From positions 1-63,545 of IMG/VR virus record IMGVR_UViG_3300022536_000073: 63,545 nt of DNA. One strand, given 5' to 3'. The notes under the pieces were generated by a model. That model made no database searches and was not told the origin of the DNA. It saw only the letters and a program-made list of their open reading frames with translations. The first letter of the stretch is position 1. Every line of letters starts with the position of its first letter. The DNA is from a virus. Lineage: Duplodnaviria; Caudoviricetes. Below, piece by piece: positions 49,274-58,624 of this stretch. The translations under genes were made by a program, and so were the position numbers.

Positions 49274-51133
49274 ATGGCAATTAAAAAATCATTCGGCGGA
49301 GCAACGATTCTAAAACCAGGAGCATACTCCAAGTTTAAGGTCGACAACTCAGCAGGTGGGGACTTGGCATCAAATGATACCTTGTTCCTAATCGGAGAAG
49401 CTGCAAAAGGCGCTCCCGGTTCTACAGAAGGCATCGTAACTTTCAACTCTTCTCGACTTAACTCTTTGATTGAGAAGTATGGATCTGGACCTCTAGTAGA
49501 CGCTGCGGTAGCCGCTGTACGCCCCTCTAAGACCCCTGGAGTTGGTGGTGCGGGCCGTATCATGATTTATAAGACTAATGCCTCTACCCAGGCTCAGACC
49601 ATCCTACAACAATCAGCTACGGACATGATCACAGTTAAGGACTCTGCATGGGGAGAAGACGGTAACCTTCTAACGGTAGTTGTAGCTGCAGGTAGCTCAG
49701 CGGACCAGAAAACTATCTCAGTTGAGCTCCTAGGCGGAACTACTGAAGATCTCGGAGAAAACGCCGCTCAAAGCATTCTCTCGGTTCAGTACACCGGGGA
49801 CGCTACCACAGCTACTATCGAGATTGCGGGAGCCACTCGAAGCGCTTTGACCCTAAGCACCACCCTCGCAGGTGATCAAACGGATGGTTCTGTTGACCTA
49901 AGTCTACCACTAACAGGTAAAACTATGTCCCAAATCCGCGATCAAATCAACGCGGCTACAGGCTACACTTGTTCTTTGGTAACCACTTCTAAAGCTGCTA
50001 CAGCGGCTACAGAGCTTGATCCTGTTGCAGCTACGGACGTGACTTCAGCGGTAAGCCTCAAGAGACTTCAACGTGAGATTCTAGACCTCATCAATGAGTC
50101 AGCTAGGGTTGAAGCTACTGAGGCTACTCAACCTCTCGGGGGGGTTCCAGATAACGCCTCTCAACAAATGACAGGCGGGGCTCAGGGCGCTTCTACGAAC
50201 TCTAACTTCTCTACAGGTCTTTCAGACTCTTTGGCTCAAGACTACAACGTAGTTCTTCCCTGTGTGTCTAGAGACGCTGCTACGGACATCGCAGATGAGG
50301 ACCTAGGGTTCACCGACGGATCTTCCACTTATACGATCTCATCGATCTTGACAGCAACTAACTCTCACTTGATTTTGAGAGGTTCTGTTAAAAACCGCCG
50401 AGAAGCTCAAGGTATGGGTGGGTTCAGAAACTCAGCTAAAGCTACGTGTTTCACTACAATTGCGGGACTAGCTTCTGAGGACATGCAAGTAACTATGCAA
50501 GACGTGGTTTTCTTGGATGCTACAGGGAACCTCAAAGTGGGCCAACCACACATCATGGCAGCTATGGCCGCCGGGATTCGGTTGGGAACTGAGGTGGGAG
50601 AGCCTTTGACTCACAAGTTTATCAACGCCGTTCAGATCGGCCACATCATCGATCCAGACACTCTTCTTGAGTCTGGGGACTTCAATGCCAGTCTTGATGT
50701 AGATGAGGCTATCGAAAACGGAGTTCTTTTCTGTGAGAAGTTCAATAACGGTTTCCGAGTTGTGGTTGATAACACCACCTATGGTGCTGACGACTCTTTC
50801 GTATTTAACCGAGGTTCTGTTGTAGAGGCATCTTACTTTGTATTCAGAACTCTCAGAGAGACTGCCGAAAGCCTTTTCGTAGGTAAGAAGGTCAGTAACG
50901 GTCTAGCACAATCGATCAAAGAAGCTGTACGAAATAAGCTTCGAGAGTTGAATGCCGATGACGTCAACATCATCACCTCAAGTGACGACGCTCCGGAGGG
51001 ATATGTTGAAGAGACTTTTGTTGTTACTGTGTCTGGTAATACGGCCACCGTTCAGGTAGAATTCAAACCGGTTCAAGGATTGGATTTCGTTTTCTTCGAC
51101 TTCACTCTAGGCGATATTCAACAATCAGCCTAA
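49274..51133 (+). CDS. tail sheath protein
   Basis: F.G.TILKPGAYS, LIGEAAKG, EPLTHK and C-terminal PVQGLDFV. Confidence 0.92.
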   Translation: MAIKKSFGGATILKPGAYSKFKVDNSAGGDLASNDTLFLIGEAAKGAPGSTEGIVTFNSSRLNSLIEKYGSGPLVDAAVAAVRPSKTPGVGGAGRIMIYKTNASTQAQTILQQSATDMITVKDSAWGEDGNLLTVVVAAGSSADQKTISVELLGGTTEDLGENAAQSILSVQYTGDATTATIEIAGATRSALTLSTTLAGDQTDGSVDLSLPLTGKTMSQIRDQINAATGYTCSLVTTSKAATAATELDPVAATDVTSAVSLKRLQREILDLINESARVEATEATQPLGGVPDNASQQMTGGAQGASTNSNFSTGLSDSLAQDYNVVLPCVSRDAATDIADEDLGFTDGSSTYTISSILTATNSHLILRGSVKNRREAQGMGGFRNSAKATCFTTIAGLASEDMQVTMQDVVFLDATGNLKVGQPHIMAAMAAGIRLGTEVGEPLTHKFINAVQIGHIIDPDTLLESGDFNASLDVDEAIENGVLFCEKFNNGFRVVVDNTTYGADDSFVFNRGSVVEASYFVFRTLRETAESLFVGKKVSNGLAQSIKEAVRNKLRELNADDVNIITSSDDAPEGYVEETFVVTVSGNTATVQVEFKPVQGLDFVFFDFTLGDIQQSA

Positions 51134-51160
51134 CTTTTTCTCTTTTCTTCATGATGCGCT

Positions 51161-51190
51161 AGGGGGGCTTTACGGCCCCCCTTTCTTTTT
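51161..51190 (+). terminator. rho-independent terminator
   Basis: AGGGGGGC/GCCCCCCT stem plus T tract; overlaps the stop of the convergent gene. Confidence 0.7.
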
Positions 51191-52972
51191 GACCCATTTA
51201 GCTTGCCCCGCATCGTAAATCTTAACCCACCCCAACTCCTCAGCGTGTTCAGCTTCTGTTAACTTACGCTTATCCATGTTAGCCCTACAAGCCCGTCGGT
51301 TAAAGGTCCTTGTGAAATCGGTCCATTGCCACCCCAAAGTCACCCCTTCTAGAACAAACCCTAGAGTTTTTAAAGACTCTCCTGTCCCGTACCTCAGATC
51401 AACAAAAGATTGAATAAACTCAGGGTCCTCAAGACGCTCTATTTGTTTAAGTAGTTTCGATAAACCCCCTACTACCGTAATGTTTAGCTCATTGGCGAAC
51501 CTAACGATATCTACCCCCGTTTTGTGTTTTTTGTAAGTAACCACAGCAAGTAAGACCCCCGTGGACTTATCCCTTAACCCCAGGCCCTTAGCTGTGGGCC
51601 CAGGACCCATTAAATGCGTCCTTTTTAAGAATTCAGAAGACTCCCTAAAACTCAAAGAAACAACTTCGGTTTTCCTAGCATAATACCGCACACTTCGACC
51701 CAATTTACTTTTAACGATGGAAGAGACTATCGGCTCTTTAGTTTCTACCTCATCGGAAAAGAATTGGAGTAAGGTTACTCCCTCTTTTCCAGCAGCTTCG
51801 AATTTCTTTTGATGGTATTTTTTATCCTTGAATTTGGCAGAATGCCAGTACAGAGCTCCGGGATCGATTCCCACCCCATGCTCAGGTAGTAGAATGTCTA
51901 TTTCTTTCCCTTTTAAAGTATTGTAGTCGTGGGTTACGAACTTTAAACCTTCGTCATTTAAGATTTTGTGAAAGACCAGCTCTAATTTAGAGGGGTTAGT
52001 TCGATCCCTATTTTTGAGGGTGTCTTGAGCTTTAGTCTTAATCTCCTCAAGTTTCATGGGATTATCCACCCCATAAGTCGCTAACATGGTTTCCTTAAAT
52101 CTATCTTTAGCCTCTGACGTAGCGGAGTCCTTACCTGAACACATTCGACATCTGGGGGCAGAATTAGGGTAGTTCAAAATGGCTTGGGGCGTCTTTTGGA
52201 TCCCCGCCCCACAATTAGTACACTTGAGGTTTAGTTTTTCGGTGTTTTTATAGTATCGATTTGGGATGTCTTGGTCATGCTCCTTAAGGTATGCGTGGAG
52301 TTTCTTTGTATAGGTCATAGACTTCTCCCCCTTCGTTTTGCCCGTAGAAACACTGCAAGACCCGCACCTAGGAGGCTTGTCGGGATTTCTGCACAAGTTG
52401 TGCGCCTCCACCTTCAGCATTACGTCACAATCCTCAAAACACGGGATATTCACGTATGGGGGAAAGTTATCAAATGCTTGTTCGATAACGTTTTCGTGGT
52501 AGAATTGTCTTAAATACTTTTTGGCTTTTTCTCTGGTCTGGTTTTCTAGTTTCTTATAATACTCTTTGTTTTGTTGATGGTTGAGGCACTTACCACATAG
52601 CGGTGGGTTTCCTTTTTTAACCAGGTTCTTCATACCCCTAACCATTTTGACCCCGCACGCACACGTTAGCTCGAGCCGCGAGTTGGTATTTACAGGGGTT
52701 TCAGGGATTTTTTGATTATACTTTCTCAGATAAGCTATTACCCTATCCGAACTCTTGGGTTTTCTGGGGGCTCGGTTCAGAGCGGCTTTTTTGGAACTAC
52801 ACGAGAAACATTCGTACTTCCCCGAGCGTTTGATCTTTTGGGTGAGATTTGACACCAAGACCACACTGGTTTTAGTGCATGTGGGACAGGTGACCACTAC
52901 TCGATCCCGAGACCTAATGGCCTCTTTTTTTAGCTTAAACTCTTCCGTTAAATACTCGTACCAATCTTTCAC
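51170..52972 (-). CDS. Hef/Vsr-like endonuclease with zinc ribbons and C-terminal GNAT-like domain
   Basis: Multiple CxxC, YGVDNP, EIDI...YWHS, YARK...HLMG...VVGGLSKLL and IYDAG. Confidence 0.75.
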   Translation of the reverse strand: MKDWYEYLTEEFKLKKEAIRSRDRVVVTCPTCTKTSVVLVSNLTQKIKRSGKYECFSCSSKKAALNRAPRKPKSSDRVIAYLRKYNQKIPETPVNTNSRLELTCACGVKMVRGMKNLVKKGNPPLCGKCLNHQQNKEYYKKLENQTREKAKKYLRQFYHENVIEQAFDNFPPYVNIPCFEDCDVMLKVEAHNLCRNPDKPPRCGSCSVSTGKTKGEKSMTYTKKLHAYLKEHDQDIPNRYYKNTEKLNLKCTNCGAGIQKTPQAILNYPNSAPRCRMCSGKDSATSEAKDRFKETMLATYGVDNPMKLEEIKTKAQDTLKNRDRTNPSKLELVFHKILNDEGLKFVTHDYNTLKGKEIDILLPEHGVGIDPGALYWHSAKFKDKKYHQKKFEAAGKEGVTLLQFFSDEVETKEPIVSSIVKSKLGRSVRYYARKTEVVSLSFRESSEFLKRTHLMGPGPTAKGLGLRDKSTGVLLAVVTYKKHKTGVDIVRFANELNITVVGGLSKLLKQIERLEDPEFIQSFVDLRYGTGESLKTLGFVLEGVTLGWQWTDFTRTFNRRACRANMDKRKLTEAEHAEELGWVKIYDAGQAKWVKKKGGP

Positions 52973-53004
52973 ACCTTTTGTCTCCTATAGTGTTGCCTTT
53001 TAAC

Positions 53005-53013
53005 ATTATATCA
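53005..53013 (-). promoter_or_regulatory. putative late promoter TGATATAAT (minus strand)
   Basis: Upstream of the endonuclease gene. Confidence 0.5.
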
Positions 53014-53057
53014 CCATATTCGGAAGAAGTATAACCCCCCTTAGATAAAATATAATT

Positions 53058-53600
53058 ATGTCTAAGAAGATCGTTTGGAAAGACACCCCGTATAGCCCTA
53101 AACGAAAAGCCGGGACCTATAGTTCATATCGAGAGTTTTTGGAAAAAGCCAATAAACTTCAAGACGAACAAGAAAAAGCCCGGGAGTACCTAAATAAAGC
53201 CAAACCCGCTATGTCTAAGCTACTCGAGATTCGAATGACTAATGGGGAGCCTTTAACGGTTATGCGACCTTTTAGATATCAGACCACCGTTATGAGGTCT
53301 GAGCTTCTGAAGGGTAGTGAGGACGCCGCTAGTGATGCCGCCTTTTATGGAGGCGCTGCTAACGACCCTAATAACGAGTTCACAAAGGCCAAGAACGCCA
53401 CTTTTGTGGAGGTCACAAAAACGATTAATCCCGGGATGCAGATCATACTAAAGGGTATTGATCCAAATCTCAGGGAGTTTATTTTTCAAGACGCTTTGGG
53501 AGAAGAACACGCAATCCCCTACGATTCTAGGGATGCGTTAATGATGCAAACGAACGTATTTGAAGACGTTCAAAAACTGATGGAAGGTAAGGAAGAGTAA
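53058..53600 (+). CDS. hypothetical (possible virion) protein
   Basis: Lies between the sheath and tube genes. Confidence 0.6.
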   Translation: MSKKIVWKDTPYSPKRKAGTYSSYREFLEKANKLQDEQEKAREYLNKAKPAMSKLLEIRMTNGEPLTVMRPFRYQTTVMRSELLKGSEDAASDAAFYGGAANDPNNEFTKAKNATFVEVTKTINPGMQIILKGIDPNLREFIFQDALGEEHAIPYDSRDALMMQTNVFEDVQKLMEGKEE

Positions 53601-53602
53601 TT

Positions 53603-54010
53603 ATGAGTAAAGTATTAACAGGGTCGAAAGCGGCTCTTAAGCTAAACGGAGTAAAGGTAGCATTTGTTGGTAGTGTTAACATCAATGAAGACAATACCCT
53701 AACTGATATTGACGTGATTGATCAGCTAGAAGTAGCTGAGCATGCTGAGACGGGTCACAAAGTAAGTTTCACGTGTAACCTCTTTAAGATCGATGGAAAC
53801 AGTGTTAGCCAACTCGGCATTCGTGCTGATAACATTTCCGATATCTTGACTCAACCAGAACTTACTATGGAGCTTTTTAACTCTGTAGAAGACCGAATTG
53901 AGTACACGATCTCTGGAGTTAAGTTCGAAGGTGGTAGCGGGAGCCTCGATGCCCGGGGAGTTTGGCAAGGGACTTGGAATTTCCGTGGTCGAAAAGGTAG
54001 CGGACTATAA
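53603..54010 (+). CDS. tail tube protein
   Basis: 135 aa beta-rich protein (VLTG....L.LNG.KV) after the sheath. Confidence 0.75.
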   Translation: MSKVLTGSKAALKLNGVKVAFVGSVNINEDNTLTDIDVIDQLEVAEHAETGHKVSFTCNLFKIDGNSVSQLGIRADNISDILTQPELTMELFNSVEDRIEYTISGVKFEGGSGSLDARGVWQGTWNFRGRKGSGL

Positions 54011-54059
54011 TCCTAGAATAAACTTCTAGCTAAAAAATTCTGAAGGTGGTGCGGGTATG

Positions 54060-54068
54060 TGATATAAT
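54060..54068 (+). promoter_or_regulatory. putative late promoter TGATATAAT
   Basis: Upstream of the second endonuclease. Confidence 0.55.
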
Positions 54069-54077
54069 TTTTATATC

Positions 54078-55391
54078 ATGATTAACCCCACCACCTTTAT
54101 TTTTTTAAACTCTAGGAATAAAACTAGACTAAAAAAATTGGGCTACAACGTTCCTGAAAATTTCAAACGGGGTGCCAAACTAGAGATAGCTGTAGAACAT
54201 TTGAGTAAGGGTTCTCGCACCAAGGTAACCCGCATTTGCGACTCTTGTGGTAAAGTGGACCGGGTATGTTTTCGGGATCTAGGCTCCAAAGAGCTTTGTA
54301 AAAAATGTTCCGCCAAAGCACTAGTGGGAGAGAAGAACCCCTTTTACGGTAAACAGCATACCCAAAAAACCAAAGAAAAGTTAAGCAAGCTTAATAAAAT
54401 AAGTGATCTAGAAGAGTGTGAGATAATAAAGAAGCTTGAGTCTTTGGCAATCTCACCTACATCGGATAAAGCCAGTGAACTACTTGGCTACCACAAAATG
54501 CCCATCTTAAATATACTAAATCGGAATGGTAGGAGGGATCTCCTTTTTCAGAATAAGACTCGTTCGGGGTATGAATTAGAGCTCCTGGAGATACTAAAAA
54601 AGGACTACAAAGGACAAATCGAATTGAACTACAGAGGTCTGCAGGACGTATATGAAGTAGATCTGTTTTTTCCCGAAAAGGGGTTAGCGGTAGAGCTCAA
54701 TGGGCTGTGGTGGCATTCCGAGAAGTATAAAGATAAAAAAGACCACCAAAATAAATACTTAGCCTGCTTGCAGCAGGGAGTTAAGTTGTTAACTATCTGG
54801 GAACATACTTGGCTAAATAGAAAAGATGCGGTTATTAAATTAATCAAAGCACACTTAGGGCTTTCACAAAAAACCTATGCCAGAAAATGTAAACTAAACT
54901 TTGATCAAAAAATGCTTAAAGCCTTTATGGAAGACAACCATATCCAAGGAGCCCATCCAAACCACCGTCTCTTGGGGTTAGAGGATGCAGAAGGTCTGGT
55001 ATTAGCGGTTTCTTGGGGAGCTCACCATAGAGGTGGTACAGAGTCCGAAGTTTTATCTCGGGTATGTTTTTCTGATAAAAGGGTGGTCGGAGGTTTGGAT
55101 AAACTACTTAAACACATACCCGCTCCCACATTAATAACTTGGTCTGACAACTGTTATTCCCCAAACCCCACCCTATACAAAAACTCTGGATTTCGTAAAG
55201 TGGTGGACTTAGCTCCCGATTATTTTTACACCCGAGGATACGGGAAAGCTTTTTCCAAACAATCTCAAGCCAAATCCAGAGTAGACTGCCCTTCAGACAA
55301 AACAGAAGCAACTTGGGCCAAAGAACGTGGATTGTATAGAGTATGGGACTGTGGAAAGGTCAAATGGGAGTTAAAAAGACCCAGGCCTTGA
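54078..55391 (+). CDS. Hef/Vsr-like endonuclease with NUMOD3 and C-terminal GNAT-like domain
   Basis: NPFYGKQHT.KTKEKLS, EVDLF..AVELNGLWWHS, YARKC...HIQG...VVGGLDKLL and VWDCG. Confidence 0.8.
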   Translation: MINPTTFIFLNSRNKTRLKKLGYNVPENFKRGAKLEIAVEHLSKGSRTKVTRICDSCGKVDRVCFRDLGSKELCKKCSAKALVGEKNPFYGKQHTQKTKEKLSKLNKISDLEECEIIKKLESLAISPTSDKASELLGYHKMPILNILNRNGRRDLLFQNKTRSGYELELLEILKKDYKGQIELNYRGLQDVYEVDLFFPEKGLAVELNGLWWHSEKYKDKKDHQNKYLACLQQGVKLLTIWEHTWLNRKDAVIKLIKAHLGLSQKTYARKCKLNFDQKMLKAFMEDNHIQGAHPNHRLLGLEDAEGLVLAVSWGAHHRGGTESEVLSRVCFSDKRVVGGLDKLLKHIPAPTLITWSDNCYSPNPTLYKNSGFRKVVDLAPDYFYTRGYGKAFSKQSQAKSRVDCPSDKTEATWAKERGLYRVWDCGKVKWELKRPRP

Positions 55392-55404
55392 AAGACCCAG
55401 GTCT
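55371..55404 (-). terminator. terminator downstream of the tRNA
   Basis: Minus strand AGACCTGGGTCTT-TC-AAGGCCTGGGTCT with G-U pairs, followed by TTTT. Confidence 0.55.
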
Positions 55405-55418
55405 CGTTAGAGTTCAAT

Positions 55419-55494
55419 TGGCTGGGCAGGTAGGCCTTGAACCTACGACTTCCTGGTTAACAGCCAGGCGTTCTACCAACTGAACTACTGCCCA
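55419..55494 (-). tRNA. tRNA-Asn (GTT)
   Basis: Cloverleaf: TGGGCAG/CTGCCCA acceptor, CCTGG-CTGTTAA-CCAGG anticodon arm, TTCAA T-loop, G discriminator, encoded CCA. Confidence 0.95.
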
Positions 55495-55497
55495 CTT

Positions 55498-55704
55498 TTA
55501 CAAATCTTCCCCGTCTTCCCAGTTATTTCCCGGTTTTACAATTCTAGCGTCAGTTACTTCAATCCTGACTTCCCAATCTACTTCAAAGATAGCGCCACAA
55601 TCATCGCATTCCATAGCCTGGGTCCCGTAGGGTGGGGATCCGGTAGGAAAGCTAGAACAAGAGTTTCCACATTGTGGGCAATTGGCCCAAATATCGTCAT
55701 TCAT
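55498..55704 (-). CDS. zinc-ribbon protein
   Basis: CPQC...CDDC; AGGAGG RBS. Confidence 0.55.
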   Translation of the reverse strand: MNDDIWANCPQCGNSCSSFPTGSPPYGTQAMECDDCGAIFEVDWEVRIEVTDARIVKPGNNWEDGEDL

Positions 55705-55923
55705 CGTCTCTCTTCCTCCTAGGCAAGCTAACTTAGAGATTCCGGCCAAAGCTTATATACTATAGTATATAGTACTTTGCGTTAATCTTCAATTAAAATA
55801 ATTTCTTTTTTAATGCCGAAACTAGCAGGTCGGTCGCGGGGCCAGAAGAGGCTCCCAAACTTGTACCGGCTTGGGGACTGGTGGTTAAAAGAGCGATTAA
55901 ACTTAACGTCAACATTTTCATTT

Positions 55924-57234
55924 TTAGGAACCTTTTTTGTCTTTCCGTTCTTTTTCTGAGACATTGCTTGTAACGTTATTTAACCTCGCCCGTGCAATCT
56001 CAACATACTCAGCGTCCTGCTCAATCCCTAGAAACTTAAACCCCTCGCTCGTTGCCGCGACTCCTGTAGAGCCCGAACCTGTAAACGGATCAAGTACGGT
56101 ACCACCTGGCGGGGTGATCATGCGGCATAAGTAGCGCATGAGTTTTTGGGGTTTGACCGTTGGATGGTGATTGCCCGTTTTGTGACTCTGGTCATGGTCA
56201 GGAAACTTGCCTGTCATGTCCGCGCTGTTCGGCCTGGCACCGTTGGCCTTAGTTTCGCCCTGCCCACACCCAGCATTCCGCTCTCTCTTCGACGCCTTCG
56301 CCGCATAGATAAATCGATCAGCGCCGTCGAAGAAGAAACGAGATGCGCCTCCACCTTTGTCGTTTTGGTAGGTCCGATCAGCTTTATTGTCGTATGAAAC
56401 GTGGTACCCACTTGCGGAATAATCGTTTGCGGGTTTGTTCGTTTTATTGCCTGCAGGATGCAAAAACCCACTCTGTTCATCCAATACGTCCCTAGCCTCG
56501 CCTGAGACTATGAAGTTAGCGGGGAAGCGGCCTTGGGTGTATTGTTTGTGGGGCCCATTCTCATAGCCTTTGCCTGCAGCAACCGATCCGCCGGAATGCC
56601 CCTCGCTCTCAACCCTACACTCATTAATATTCAACCCACCGGTCCCGTGCTCTAGAACATTCTTAGCGACGGTGCCCTTGAAAGGCTTACGAACGAGCCA
56701 CCATACCTCATGAGCGGGTTTTAGGGCTGTGCCCCAGCCGTCCCATTGTTTTGTGGCGTCGGTTGCTGGGGCTGTGATTTTGACTTCTGACTGAGGGCGA
56801 TCTGTAGCAAAACTTAGTGTGTTCCCCTTACCAGTCCACCGGTCAGGCTTGCTTCCAACGATATTTTCAACACCCGCCGCCTTATCAATCGCCTTGCTGA
56901 TATTGTGACTCTTAGGAAACCCCGAACCAAACACATGGTGTACTGAATCGCGGACCTCAAACCCCGCTTCTTCCAAAGCCCATGCTGTCCAGTGAGAAGT
57001 ACGAGGCAAGGCCCAGACGAAACCATGAGCGCCAGGCTTCAATACGCGATGACACTCTCGCATCACTTTCGTCATCCACTTGACCCAGGCGTCACGACCG
57101 CCTTTGTCTTTATCCCAGTCCTTACCCATGAATGCGATGCCCGCAGGGGGGTCAGTGACAAGTGAGTCAATTGAATCCGATTCAAGTTTCTTGAGTTCTT
57201 CTAAGCAATCGCCGTGTAAAATAGTTTCTAACAT
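55924..57234 (-). CDS. N6-adenine/N4-cytosine DNA methyltransferase (beta class)
   Basis: GDCLE, TDPPA, HPTVKP and LDPFTGSGSTG motifs. Confidence 0.9.
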   Translation of the reverse strand: MLETILHGDCLEELKKLESDSIDSLVTDPPAGIAFMGKDWDKDKGGRDAWVKWMTKVMRECHRVLKPGAHGFVWALPRTSHWTAWALEEAGFEVRDSVHHVFGSGFPKSHNISKAIDKAAGVENIVGSKPDRWTGKGNTLSFATDRPQSEVKITAPATDATKQWDGWGTALKPAHEVWWLVRKPFKGTVAKNVLEHGTGGLNINECRVESEGHSGGSVAAGKGYENGPHKQYTQGRFPANFIVSGEARDVLDEQSGFLHPAGNKTNKPANDYSASGYHVSYDNKADRTYQNDKGGGASRFFFDGADRFIYAAKASKRERNAGCGQGETKANGARPNSADMTGKFPDHDQSHKTGNHHPTVKPQKLMRYLCRMITPPGGTVLDPFTGSGSTGVAATSEGFKFLGIEQDAEYVEIARARLNNVTSNVSEKERKDKKGS

Positions 57235-57235
57235 C

Positions 57236-57610
57236 TTATTTATCTCCTTTTTTGTCTTTACGTTCTTTTGCCAATTCTTCAGTAAATCCTTCGGGAAATC
57301 TTCTTTTTAATTTGGAGATGTTCATCTCCATCACTTCTTCGAAATCGCTACCCAATTCATCCAACAAAACCGCCATGTACCACAAAACGTCCCCGATCTC
57401 TTCCTTTAAATGAACTAGATCGAGTGTTTTCGAGTACATTACGTGCTTTTTCACGATATCAGCTACTTCTCCCGCCTCTCCAGAGACGCCCAGAGCAGCG
57501 TGCATTAATCTAAGGTGTGGAGGCTTTAATTTACGCAAAGACTCTGCATAGCCTGCATCATCCAAGTCAGTTCTAAGAGCTAGTTTCTGGTAATTTGCTT
57601 TTTTACTCAC
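57236..57610 (-). CDS. MazG-like NTP pyrophosphohydrolase
   Basis: GEAGEV.D, EEIGDVLWY and N..KL..R motifs. Confidence 0.88.
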   Translation of the reverse strand: MSKKANYQKLALRTDLDDAGYAESLRKLKPPHLRLMHAALGVSGEAGEVADIVKKHVMYSKTLDLVHLKEEIGDVLWYMAVLLDELGSDFEEVMEMNISKLKRRFPEGFTEELAKERKDKKGDK

Positions 57611-58209
57611 TATACCCCTCTCCCACTCGTACCTACTAAAAACTCGGGACTTGCGATATCTGGGTGATCGAGCCCTAATTCGATAGCAACGTCTCTCGCC
57701 CAACGCCTAGCATCGACCTCCCAAGGAAGGTTAAGGTAGTCTTCGTACGACTCAACTACATACTCTTTCCTAACACCCTTCCATATTACCTCAAAACATC
57801 TTTCGTGGTTAGCTATTTTCGTAATTTTTATAATTTCCAAGTCCCCTATTTGAAACTGCCACCAATGTCGCATTTCGTGAGCCAGGATATGTTGGAGTTT
57901 ATCAAAAGACGGATCATAGACACTCCCAATCGTATTTGTGGAGCCATTGTACAAACCCTCCACGCCGCGTAGAAGAGAAACTTGTACTAGTTTGGGTAGG
58001 GGGTATTTATTGTGAGGATCCAATTTTTTAGCTAAAACTGGCAAAACATCTAGTCTAAGTTTGTTGAAACATTTTCTCTCTTTTTTTATAAGCACTAGAA
58101 CAAGAATCCACAGGTAGGCTGAAAATAAACCTAAGCCCAACACAACATTCTTTAGGGAGATGTACGCAGCTAAACAGGTAAAAAGCAAGGTTAAATAGCG
58201 CTCAATCAT
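57610..58209 (-). CDS. membrane-anchored zinc metallopeptidase-like protein
   Basis: Two TM segments, HEMRH and Y...PWE.DA. Confidence 0.65.
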   Translation of the reverse strand: MIERYLTLLFTCLAAYISLKNVVLGLGLFSAYLWILVLVLIKKERKCFNKLRLDVLPVLAKKLDPHNKYPLPKLVQVSLLRGVEGLYNGSTNTIGSVYDPSFDKLQHILAHEMRHWWQFQIGDLEIIKITKIANHERCFEVIWKGVRKEYVVESYEDYLNLPWEVDARRWARDVAIELGLDHPDIASPEFLVGTSGRGV

Positions 58210-58624
58210 AAAAAAGTTCCTCGATATACTCATCTCTCCACAGACTGTAACACCTTCTAGGCAGTACGTGGGGATGCATTATACTTTTTGGACACCCTTG
58301 GACGACCGTATCTACATGGCCCCTATCTAAAATACAGTGAGCGAGTTCGTGGAACATTACACCCTCTCTCCGAAGGTTGTCAGAACGTTCCCAATACTCC
58401 CGGCTAATGATAATTTCCGGAGGTGAGGAAGGCTTACAAAGCCCAACCGTTTTTGGAGAATGTGTGGTAGTATCACCAAATCCCGCTACTAAATCGTCGA
58501 CTTTAAAACCCCCATAATTCTCAAAACTCCTAACATAAGGTTCTAATTCCGGATCAACCTCGTAAGTCTTTGCGCACCCGACCCCTAAGAAGGCTATGAC
58601 GAAAAAAGGAACTAAACTTTTCAT
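58202..58624 (-). CDS. lipoprotein zinc metallopeptidase (metzincin-like)
   Basis: LGVGC lipobox, HELAHCILDRGH and SIM Met-turn. Confidence 0.75.
   Translation of the reverse strand: MKSLVPFFVIAFLGVGCAKTYEVDPELEPYVRSFENYGGFKVDDLVAGFGDTTTHSPKTVGLCKPSSPPEIIISREYWERSDNLRREGVMFHELAHCILDRGHVDTVVQGCPKSIMHPHVLPRRCYSLWRDEYIEELFYD

Noticed and set aside
55375-55401. 11-bp direct repeat AAAGACCCAGG as a target-site duplication
   Set aside because: The copies are only 5 nt apart and are better explained as arms of a minus-strand terminator with G-U pairs.
55419-55494. tRNA as a prophage attachment site
   Set aside because: No integrase or duplicated 3' end was seen, and phage genes lie on both sides.
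56214-57026. Alternative-frame ORFs inside the N6/N4 methyltransferase
   Set aside because: They are short and motif-free, and the main frame already carries all motifs, unlike the C5 enzyme.
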